Shown here in pieces: positions 37,001-47,366 of a stretch of DNA of 64,000 nt. Made by a program: the position numbers and the translations under genes. How positions within the stretch are numbered: the first letter of the stretch is position 1; each line of letters starts with the position of its first letter. This DNA comes from Ylistrum balloti (taxonomy: Eukaryota), in NCBI RefSeq assembly GCF_031769215.1, contig NW_026782081.1, positions 2,294,001 to 2,358,000 on the forward strand, in the 5' to 3' direction. Under the pieces are notes generated by a model. It saw only the letters and a list, made by a program, of their open reading frames with translations. It had not been told where the DNA came from and did no database searches.

Positions 37001-40000
37001 CAAATAGATCAATCACATTAGTATATTAGGAAAAAAGTAAAACAAAATACCTACCCAATAACAGAAATTTAATCACACTGAAAGGTGAGGACCTGATGCT
37101 CAGGAAGAGTAGGCGTATTCTGCTTAATCGACGACAACCGCCTTGTAAATTTTTGTCGAGCATTGTCACAGTCCCAAATGATAACTGTATACAAAGGAAC
37201 CTTTTATAACATTACATGGAAATCAGATATTAATCTCCAGTAATATGCAGAAGGTTTAATCATTTGCACTTAACATAGACAAGCATGTGCATTAAATATG
37301 ACAGAATCCAGGCGTTAATGATATATTTGTTTTTAAAAATGAATATACAATTAACACATTCTCTACGACGTTAATTGGAACCGGTTTGATATCCTACTGT
37401 CACAATCATATTCGCATCAAAAGTTAAAAAAAAAGATTAAAGCCAGACGAATTTTAATATCTCTTAAAAAAATTGTGTTAGGCTGTAAAAGATAAAAACA
37501 GTCGTACCAGTTGAAATAAAATATTGTACTTTGTACTTTAGGTTTAGTCTGTGATTTCCATGGGGATTTCGTTGACCTCGCTGATGGTAGTATACCGTGG
37601 TTCATCAGGAGAAATGACGCGCATTAACAATTGAGCCGTTTGTTTTTTAAAGCAGCCCATTGATTCCTTCATCCCCATTGGTTAATTTCCTTGAACGTGT
37701 CTTATTTATTTATAAACTTTTCCTATAAACAACACATGAATACCACCATAAATGCCATAAGTAAATTCCCTTATAAGCTATGAAACAAGACGAAAATAGG
37801 AAGATGTTTACAGCTATAATCAGCGTAGTCATCATCATATTTTTCACCTGTCAAACTATCGGTTGCTTTTGAAATCTATTATTTGTGTTGGGTGTCAAAC
37901 AGGATCCATATACATATACACTTCGTCTCAATGTAATAAAATAAAATTTCAAAGGTATGAAGTGATACCCAAAGTACTGTATAGGGCCAGGCTAATTTAA
38001 GAGATATCCAAAGTGCAGCTTGGGCCAGGCTGATATAAGACATATCCAAAGTGAGCTTGGGCCAGGCTGATGTAAGAATTATCCAAAGAATAGTATGGCG
38101 CCAGACTGATGTTAGAAATACTAGAAATACCCAAAGAACAGTATGGGGCCAGACTGATGTTAGAAACATCCAAAGACCAGTATGGGGCCAGACTGATGTA
38201 AGAAATATCCAAAGACCAGTATGGGGCCAGACTGATGTAAGAAATACCCAAAGATCAGTATGGGGCCAGACTGATGTAAGAAATATCTAAAGACCAGTAT
38301 GGGGCCAGACTGATGTAAGAAACATCCAAAGAACAGTATGGGGCCAGACTGATGTAAGAAATACCCAAAGACCAGTATGGGGCCAGACTGATGTAAGAAA
38401 TATCCAAATAACAGTATGGGGCCAGACTGATGTAAGAAACATCCAAAGACCAGTATGGGGCCAGACTGATGTAAGAAACATCCAAAGACCAGTATGGGGC
38501 CAGACTGATGTAAGAAATATCCAAATAACAGTATGGGGCCAGACTGATGTAAGAAACATCCAAAGACCAGTATGGGGCCAGACTGAGTAGAAACATCCAA
38601 AGACCAGTATGGGGCCAGACTGATGTAAGAAATATCCAAATAGACAGTATCCAAAGACCAGTATGGGGCCAGACTGATGTAAGAAACATCCAAAGACCAG
38701 TATGGGGCCAGACTGATCCTAGAAACATCCAAAGACCAGTATGGGGCCAGACTGATGTAAGAAATATCCAAATAACAGTATGGGGCCAGTCTGATGTAAG
38801 AAGTATCCAAAGACCAGTATGGGGCCAGACTGATGTAAGAAACATCCAAAGACCAGTATGGGGCCAGACTGATCCTAGAAACATCCAAAGACCAGTATGG
38901 GGCCAGACTGATGTAAGAAACATCCAAAGACCAGTATGGGGCCAGACTGATGTAAGAAACATCCAAAGACCAGTATGGGGCCAGACTGATGTAAGAAATA
39001 TCCAAATAACAGTATGGGGCCAGACTGATGTAAGAAGTATCCAAAGACCAGTATGGGGACAGACTGATGTAAGAAACATCCAAAGACCAGTATGGGGCCA
39101 GACTGATCCTAGAAACATCCAAAGACCAGTATGGGGCCAGACTGATCCTAGAAACATCCAAAGACCAGTATGGGGCCAGACTGATGTAAGAAATATCCAA
39201 AGACCAGTATGGGGCCAGACTGATGTAAGAAACATCCAAAGACCAGTATGGGGCCAGACTGATCCTAGAAACATCCAAAGACCAGTATGGGGCCAGACTG
39301 ATCCTAGAAACATCCAAAGACCAGTATGGGGCCAGACTGATGTAAGAAATATCCAAATAACAGTATGGGGCCAGACTGATCCTAGAAACATCCAAAGACC
39401 AGTATGGGGCCAGACTGATGTAAGAAGTATCCAAAGACCAGTATGGGGCCAGACTGATGTAAGAAACATATAACATCCAAAGACCAGTATGGGGCCAGAC
39501 TGATCCTAGAAACATCCAAAGACCAGTATGGGGCCAGACTGATGTAAGAAATATCCAAATAACAGTATGGGGCCAGACTGATGTAAGAAACATCCAAAGA
39601 CCAGTATGGGGCCAGACTGATGTAAGAAACATCCAAAGACCAGTATGGGGCCAGACTGATGTAAGAAATATCCAAATAACAGTATGGGGCCAGACTGATC
39701 CTAGAAACATCCAAAGACCAGTATGGGGCCAGACTGATGTAAGAAATATCCAAATAACAGTATGGGGCCAGACTGATGTAAGAAACATCCAAAGACCAGT
39801 ATGGGGCCAGACTGATGTAAGAAACATCCAAAGACCAGTATGGGGCCAGACTGATCCTAGAAACATCCAAAGACCAGTATGGGGCCAGACTGATGTAAGA
39901 AATATCCAAATAACAGTATGGGGCCAGACTGATGTAAGAAATATCCAAAGACCAGTATGGGGCCAGACTGATGTAAGAAACATCCAAAGACCAGTATGGG

Positions 40001-43000
40001 GCCAGACTGATGTAAGAAATATCCAAATAACAGTATGGGGCCAGACTGATGTAAGAAATATCCAAAGACCAGTATGGGGCCAGACTGATGTAAGAAACAT
40101 CCAAAGACCAGTATGGGGCCAGACTGATGTAAGAAACATCCAAAGACCAGTATGGGGCCAGACTCCAAAGACCAGTATGTAAGAAACATCCAAAGACCAG
40201 TATGGGGCCAGACTGATGTAAGAAACATCCAAAGACCAGTATGGGGCCAGACTGATGTAAGAAACATCCAAAGACCAGTATGGGGCCAGACTGATGTAAG
40301 AAACATCCAAAGACCAGTATGGGGCCAGACTGATGTAAGAAACATCCAAAGACCAGTATGGGGCCAGACTGATGTAAGAAAACATCCAAAGACCAGTATG
40401 GGGCCAGACTGATGTAAGTACCCAAAGAAGTATACCCAAAGAACAGTATGGGGACAGACTGATGTAAGAAACATCCAAAGACCAGTATGGGGCCAGACTG
40501 ATCCTAGAAACATCCAAAGACCAGTATGGGGCCAGACTGATGTAAGAAATACCCAAAGAACAGTATGGGGACAGACTGATGTAAGAAATATCCAAAGAAC
40601 AGTATGGGGACAGACTGATGTAAGAAACATCCAAAGACCAGTATGGGGCCAGACTGATCCTAGAAACATCCAAAGACCAGTATGGGGCCAGACTGATGTA
40701 AGAAATATCCAAATCCAAAGAACAGTATGGGGACAGACTGATGTAAGAAATACCCAAAGAACAGTATGGGGACAGACTGATGTAAGAAATATCCAAAGAA
40801 CAGTATGGGGACAGACCAGTGTAAGAGATACTCTGATAATTGATAGATTAAAGCTTGCAAAGTTTATATATATTGATCATGACACTGCCTATCCTGAAAA
40901 GATATGCTTTGTTTCTTGACATTGTAGGATTTTTATCTGTTTATCCTCTCCTCATATGTACCTTTAGGTCCTATGCTATCCACAATCCATCATTTGTAGT
41001 GCTCGGAATGATAACCGGCCATGCTGCCGATTATATACTCTCTACATCCTCCTCTACTTAAAACGTCATACCACATGTGTGAATGTGTTGGGTTTGCATA
41101 GCAACAATCTCAACACAAAATCAATTGCGTATTTATTATAGTAATTGACCGAGGTTCCATGTCTGTGTTGCTCGATGTAATTTCAGCCCCATTGTGTGTT
41201 CTTTATCTCATGTGACCTATATTGTTATTGTAATTACTACAGCCAGATTTTCTCCATAAACTACTTGTTGTCCACTGGTTAGCGAGACTGATTGATTGAC
41301 TCATGTGATTAGCATTGTCTAATTTTCCTAGTACCGCTTTATATATATCAACTTAAAGTCTTGTCTCTTAAGTGATAATTCTGTGAGAAATTAACCGCCA
41401 GGTTGAACTTAATACAAACAAAGGTAGTTTATAACAATGACTTTACTTATTTTGTTATTTATCTTTTGAAGTCATAATCCAAACAAGATGATTTGACAGC
41501 CATGTTTTATTCTTACAAGTTGACGTACCTGGACGTGGTCTGGGTGATGGAGAGACGAAGTATGTGTGGTAATCTAGCAAAAGCAGGGTGACATCCGGTT
41601 ATGCTGCTGCCGATGGCGTTATAATTAGTCAGAGCAGATTCCATCATTATACGCGAGCAACCACCGAACGGGACCACATACACGGTCCGCACTAATATGT
41701 ACCTGATCTCTTCACTTAACAGCAACTTGGTTTTCTCGAAGTAAACAAACAGGAACAGCTTTCCACGAAGCTGTATGATAAGCGTAATAATTTTAGGCCC
41801 CTATGTAAATTGCCAATTTCTAGATAGCAACATAGCTGTATCCTAAATTCATGATGTTAAAATGTTGCAGATGATTCGATATTCTAGGGCATGTTTCCGA
41901 TATCACGATATTTACACATGGTGTCGGCATAAACACACAAACTCACAATACAGGTTCGAAAGACAGAGGTTTATTATGATCCTGGAGATGTTTTACGGTT
42001 GTCGTAATGATCTTGAGATCTTGAGAAATATACTAATGTCGTTGCGCGATATAAAATTCTGCGTGTGTGATACTTGTCAGTATTTTGGGATTCCGTTATT
42101 TACCTTATTTGGAAACTTGTCTTAGTTTACGGAACCAAAATTTACATAGCAGGTGTCGTAAATAAAGAAAAGAGCGCTTTCTCTTCCAGAACACCTGAAC
42201 CTATTCTGCCTGTTCGTTTTCAGTGGTCTCTATTCTTTGTTCATATGGGTTCAACTTCTGTCTGATTGTTCTCTTTGTATTGTATATGGGATATATTTTT
42301 AACGTGTAAACCTCCATACATAAAAACAGGATTACTTGGTGTCTACATATCTAATAATCAAATATTGATTAGCTACACGTAATCAACGATGCAAGTTATC
42401 AAGGTTTTCCATTAGACAATACAATTATATTTCCAAGGTCTTGTCTATGATATAAAAATATCTGTCAACAGGGCCTAAATGTACGACATTAATAAACATG
42501 GGGATGTATGTACTACATAATCAGTAGACTTACTTATATACTAAGATATCAACACCTAACACACCATGAACAAACCAAAACAAACTGTCAAGAAGTGAAC
42601 AAGAACAAACACCTAATGTTCAATAGTGTTAGCAAGCAAGTATTAGATATATCACAGCGCCAAGAACAAAAAAATCAGTATCAAATTAAGCAAAAGGTCA
42701 AATGTCACTACGTCAGCCAATAACAATTATGCAGCACATTCTAGAAAAAGAACGACACTAGGAGACTTCTTTGTGCGATATGAAGCTGAATGTGTTTCAT
42801 GCTCGTTAGTTTGCCTGTTGATTCCGTTGCTATATAACAACATTTTAAATTGTTTATGTAACGGTTAACAATCCACTCCATTCCTATTTCTCTAATTATA
42901 AAATTTAAGGTTTTCGCTTTCGATATTAAGTAAATCTTGGAATATGTCTTGATAAAAGCGATGGATTAAACAATCTGATCGGTTTTTAAAGTAAAACACT

Positions 43001-46000
43001 CGGCTAGCCGCAAGGCTGGTATTTGTCCTTTGAAAATAAGGTAAACAAATGCCACTGATTTCCCCTCGTTTTGTATCGAGAAAGCCCATGTATACAGGAT
43101 TCTGAAGCAGTCTATTTGAACCATTTGTACACATCAGCATTCAGTCTTGTCATAGCCCATTCCTAAAGTGAACATTATACTGGAGACAATATCAGATAAT
43201 TGTTCCATCCTTTCTCTGTACTGAAATTCGAACAATAGCGTACGATACATTTCATGTAAATCACATTTTTCTCTTTAGAATGAATACCATTAAATTAAAA
43301 AAACATGGAAATGTCTGAAATCTGTCATTTAATATTTCAAATAAGAAGGTGATCAACTACTACATTGAGTTCGAGGTGTTGACATTTTCTATGCCATTGA
43401 TCTCTACATTTTATACGTTTACTACAGACTAATCAAGACCTAACTGAATATTGCAATTTATCAAAGAACTCCGATGTGGATTCTAGTCCTTTTTAGAGAG
43501 AAATCAATCGAATTAACACAGCCCTTTTCCTTTGATATCACATAAGGACACGGTTGATGACAGCCTCCAGGGGTAAATGTGATGTATATCTAATGGTTTT
43601 AGCGAATTTGTTTCTTCCTGTGTTATGTAACATATATATACTTTCATATTCTTGTTGTCCCTTAATTAGTCTAATTGTTTGTTAACTCCAACAATATGTA
43701 GAAGCTAAAAATGAGTAAGTACAATTTGTTGTATTTTTTAAGGATAGTATTGAATTAGTTGTTTATTACAGGGTATATGAAGGACAGAAATGGGTGGAGC
43801 TCGACAAGGAATACCCCCAGAAATTACCTGTCAATTTGGACCGATTCTCCATGGTAAAACAAGGGCGATCATTTTACTTTATTGGAGGTAAATTTGTGAT
43901 ATAGGGTTACTAGCTCCCTGTAGCGTAGTGGCCTTTTGTGTACAACGTAATTCTACTAATTCCATATCGTAGTGAATATTTCATTAGGTTCATCTGGACA
44001 TTCCGCACTGAAACACGTCACTGTAGTTAAATAAATAAAAAAATGTTCTTTGTTTCAAAACAGTATGATAGGGAGTATTTCAAACAATGAATGGAATATA
44101 ATACCACAATTAGTCAGCAAACCATAAACACAAGACCCTACAATTTATACATAGATTGATAAGAAGGGTTTAGTAAATAAAACATACTCTGGTTCCCTTT
44201 TTCCTTTAAGGATGTATGAAACTCATGTTTGACAGGAAATGAGACATAATTCAATATTAGATAAATAAAAGCGTAATGCCATATATTTTTAGCAGTTTGA
44301 TATAGTATCTTACAAATATATTTTATATATTTATATTTATATATATTAAAACTTTATTCTATGACGGCATGTGACGCCGCTGTTCGATTTAAATGATATT
44401 TTGGCATCTAATTATCATCAGATCAAAAGTTAAATTTTCGAAAGTTTTTGGTGTTTGTGTTCCATACATCCATAAACGATACGCATAAAATAATTTCACG
44501 GTTAAGTCTATCATCACTAGATATTTTATCGATGGCTTGGAAAAAATTATTCTCATTGAATCTGACACAGAAGTTCGTTCCCTTATGGATGAAACACTCA
44601 ATCTCTTACATTGTGCTATAATCATTTTAGGTGTGTCGTGTCGAAAGGATAAAGACTTTCCCGGAAGGTTCAAGTTTGTGACAGAGAGACGTATATTTTC
44701 CTACGCCACAAGTGTTTCTGCCTTAGAAGAGGCTCAAGGCGATGCCATGTCATCTCGCCTCGTGTCCCCATGGTGCAACAAGCTGCCTACAATGACATTT
44801 GCCCGCCACAGCGCAGGTGTAGCCGTCATTGGTATGTATAAAAATACAATGCAATTTCGTCATGAGTTCGGCACAACCTGGATCTAACGAGGTATAACAC
44901 CTGGTAATTTGTATACTAATGATGAAATTGTGTTTTTCATTGGTGCCTCGACAACACATACAATGTATCCACTTAAACTAGACCAGTTGTCTGAGTATGA
45001 CCTGCTATCTGCTGCTGTGATAATGCGACAGCGATTGTGAATGTGTCTTATACGTTATAAGAGAAGTAGATAAACCTGGCTTCATGTCATTTTCCGGTTC
45101 GTCAAATTATGTGCGCTACATCGCATGATTTACTTTAAAAAGCAAATGCTTAAATGAGTGGCTTTTTCAGATTCATCGGAGTGTCTCCATTGATAAGAAT
45201 TTGTTACCGGTTTCTACATTTAGTAGATGCAAATGAATATAACCTTTATCTTAAAACAATTGCGAAATAAGTTATTTCAACTTATACTAATCATTCTTGT
45301 TGGCCCGGATGTAAGCATGCGAGAGGTCATGTTGTGGGAGGAAACAAGAGAACCCGGGGAAAATACGGGCAGGTCCCGGTCCGAGAATCGAACCGCGGAC
45401 GGCTAGGTGGAAGGCAAGTGCGTCACTACCCTAGGAGAGAGTAATACACGGAGATCAAAAAGATTGTACAAAAGACACACAAATGAATGACACCTTTTCA
45501 TAATTTATAGTGAGATACAGTAGAGCCAAACAATGGTTTAAACTGCATCATACAGCTGTTTCGTCCCTATAGGACTCGTCATTGATGCCAAGGGCTTGAA
45601 TTTGAATCCTAGGAGGCGACTAAGGAAAATCCAAAGTGATCAAAAGAAAAGTCCAAGTTTTGACAGGGAGGTGCAGCAGCCCCCAAATTAAATAAATTTC
45701 GCAATTTCCATACATCAAATAATTTAGAATAGCGTCAAGTACATGGGTATTTTCTGAACATTGCCACTATTCGAGTGAATTAAAACGTGACAAGCTGGTT
45801 ACTGCAAACCTCAGGGACTTAAAGTCCACCAGCAGTGTCTACCACTTGCAACCTTAAGATTAAATCAAATTAAAGATTAAATTGTTGTTTTACGAAGCTG
45901 TTTTGTTTGGTGATTTACATTTTATATATCGCTGCACATCCTTAAATGTGAGTATTATCAAAACCCCAATATCGTAGGTACCGAATGATGCACATGTAGC

Positions 46001-47191
46001 TGATTTTAATCAGAATTTTATAACATTTTGTTTTAATTATACTTGACAATTAAGTACAAATTACATCACAAGCTTGCGTATTCCTTTGATTTGATAACTT
46101 ATGAAAACAAAGTGATTCATATACGTATACTTTATTTTTGTCAATTCTGAAACCAGATTTAAAATTTAGTTCTAAAAAGAAAGTGTTGATGTCAATATTA
46201 AGGAAAGTGTCTCACCGCTTGGAGTTCAACCTCCAGCGAAAACATATTTTTTATTTACAATTGGCAATAACAATAGTTAAAGGTCCAACGCATGGCTAAA
46301 GTGATCAACATATTGACGACTCAGAAACCGAATTAAAATATCAAATTTGAGAGGTGTCGTTTATATTTTGGCAATGTTCTTCAAAAACATTTGCTTTGTA
46401 TTCTGAAAGTAGGCCAGTAACATATACAGTTTTTATATGGGTTTCAGAAAACTAACAATAATATCATTTACAAGTAAGTGTTTGGACATTGATGTTGTTT
46501 TGATGTAATTATTTAGCAATTCTAACAATGTGATATTTTTTCGATAGAATTTATCTGTAGAAAACATGTTTTCGGTACAATAATTGCAATACATGAAAGT
46601 AGTTATATCTCGTGGAAATCCCCACTACCTAAAGACCCCCTTGGGTTTTAAATAGGAAAACCAGTAGAACATTGTACGTAAGGTTGTTATTTTTATTTTT
46701 CCTTGGCAGGACACAAACTGTACGTTTTCGGAGGTTCTGTATTGGAAACAGGACAGCAGGTACGACTGGTGGAGTGCTTTGACACCGCAAAAGGAGAGTG
46801 GGAAGAGGACTTCCGGTTCAGAAAGGGTATCTATTAACATGTCACTTAACACATTATGTAAAATAATTCATGCAGTTATATATTTTTATTTCTTATAACT
46901 TATTTATAACTTAAATATAAATTCCTTGTGTTCAATTATATGTTTTATGTGTGTGATTGAGTATTGGAAAATATGACATAATCCAGCTGACGCTTATATG
47001 TTGTACACCTTTATATAAAGTTATTTTTGTCTACATTAGGTATTCAATCAATGTCTTTGAAATAAGACATATCTTACTCATGTTTTGTATGACCAGGTGA
47101 TGTTTCCAATGTGACCTGTGTGGTTCTGGAAGTTCCGAACAAACAGGACGAGGACCAAGTCCACTACAAGTTAAAGTGGGTGTTGTGGTGA
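27513..47191 (+). CDS. BTB-less kelch-repeat (six-blade beta-propeller) protein, 7 coding exons, 357 aa
   Basis: Exons 27513-27775, 28902-29002, 33331-33511, 43772-43887, 44631-44831, 46710-46826 and 47097-47191 total 1074 nt, all phase-compatible GT-AG. Repeated kelch motifs: LYIFGG/IIVTGG/IYCAGG/FYFIGG/LYVFGG, YNP..W, YDP..W, FDT..W. In-frame TAG at 27459 upstream of the ATG. Confidence 0.88.
28005..28036. repeat. (TA)n microsatellite
   Basis: Visible run. Confidence 0.95.
28054..28423 (+). mobile_element. Retrozyme-like repeat copy D (~357-bp monomer with terminal redundancy)
   Basis: Begins CTTTTGAACAATC and ends ATTTGTACAATC; colinear with copy E. Confidence 0.78.
28335..28378 (+). ncRNA. 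Degenerate type I hammerhead ribozyme (copy D)
   Basis: GTACCA-CTTACCA-GTCC-TAGAA-GGAC-GAAA-CAGCTG-TA-TGATAC; core G5 and G8 mutated. Confidence 0.68.
28902..29002 (+). CDS. Kelch protein exon 2
   Basis: cattacag|A YNPFEGMWSVLPSMPRPRAKFSTNVLKGKIIVT G|GTACGT. Confidence 0.88.
29085..30815. repeat. Minisatellite, 44-bp unit, ~39 copies, in kelch intron 2
   Basis: GAAATGTAACTGAAAACGAACGACGTCATGAAGTGTATATTTGG, near-perfect with a degenerate right edge. Confidence 0.98.
32725..32960. repeat. Degenerate tandem repeat, ~34-bp unit, ~7 copies
   Basis: ATAGAATCTAGAAAAACCGATCCAGATGTAAAGC variants. Confidence 0.85.
33331..33511 (+). CDS. Kelch protein exon 3
   Basis: GGELPDGRQSVMCDMYDPVKNTWTELRPLISPRSNHACAVFNGEIYCAGG..LW, TG|GTAGGT. 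Confidence 0.9.
35385..35625. repeat. Two units of an AAGGTCA-rich bivalve-type satellite/Helitron-associated repeat
   Basis: TCAAATGTA(G/A)GTCAAAGGTCA..TCTTGTCACAAG..GCCAAATATGAAAG occurs twice, ~133 bp apart; family assignment recalled, not searched. Confidence 0.55.
37960..40820. repeat. Minisatellite, 39-bp unit, ~73 copies, in kelch intron 3
   Basis: GATGTAAGAAACATCCAAAGACCAGTATGGGGCCAGACT with recurring variants; source of the long minus-strand ORFs. Confidence 0.98.
43772..43887 (+). CDS. Kelch protein exon 4
   Basis: tattacag|G VYEGQKWVEL..SFYFIG G|GTAAAT. Confidence 0.85.
44631..44831 (+). CDS. Kelch protein exon 5
   Basis: cattttag|GT VSCRKD..LPTMTFARHSAGVAVI G|GTATGT. Confidence 0.85.
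45241..45433 (-). mobile_element. tRNA-derived SINE (second copy, internally shortened)
   Basis: GACGCACTTGCCTTCCACCTAGCCGTCCGCGGTTCGATTCTC head and the same tail as 22062-22297. Confidence 0.78.
45458..45862 (-). mobile_element. Retrozyme-like repeat copy E (most complete)
   Basis: Reverse complement aligns block-by-block with copies A, B and D over ~400 bp. Confidence 0.8.
45545..45588 (-). ncRNA. Near-intact minimal type I hammerhead ribozyme (copy E; only C3 changed to A)
   Basis: GCATCA-ATGACGA-GTCC-TATAG-GGAC-GAAA-CAGCTG-TA-TGATGC: 6-bp helix I, 4-5-bp helix II, palindromic helix III, GUA cleavage triplet. Confidence 0.8.
46710..46826 (+). CDS. Kelch protein exon 6
   Basis: ccttggcag|GA HKLYVFGG..VECFDTAKGEW..RK G|GTATCT. 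Confidence 0.88.
47097..47191 (+). CDS. Kelch protein terminal exon
   Basis: gaccag|GT DVSNVTCVVLEVP..YKLKWVLW*. Confidence 0.8.
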
Positions 47192-47366
47192 CGTCGACAA
47201 ATCCATTACGAATTAGAGTGGGTGTTGTGGTGACGTCACCAAGTCAATTACAAATTCAATTTGGTGTTCTGATGACTACATCAAGTCCATTGCAAAATAA
47301 AATTGGCATTTTTTTTGACAGCATCAATTTCATTGCAAGTTAACGTGGGTGTTGCGATGACAATAT
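47156..47366 (+). repeat. Diverged 42-bp tandem repeat (5 units) spanning the kelch stop codon
   Basis: Units start at 47156, 47198, 47240, 47282 (43 bp) and 47325. Confidence 0.85.

Noticed and set aside
37541-37586. Plus-strand 45-nt exon-like segment in kelch intron 3
   Set aside because: Phase-incompatible with the kelch frame (would introduce a stop) and weak donor.
38150-38230. CTGATG..GAAAC..GTA-TGG in the 39-bp unit resembles a hammerhead core
   Set aside because: A9 is T, there is no helix II, and helices I and III do not pair properly.
38160-40860. 878-, 404-, 347- and 270-aa minus-strand ORFs
   Set aside because: Translations of the 39-bp satellite (13-aa period in all three frames); no unique sequence or splice context.
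41500-41760. GC-rich patch with partial open frame (VDVPGRGLGDGETKYVW*..SGYAAADG)
   Set aside because: Three stops in ~75 codons and no recognisable family; probably a TE remnant but unsupported.
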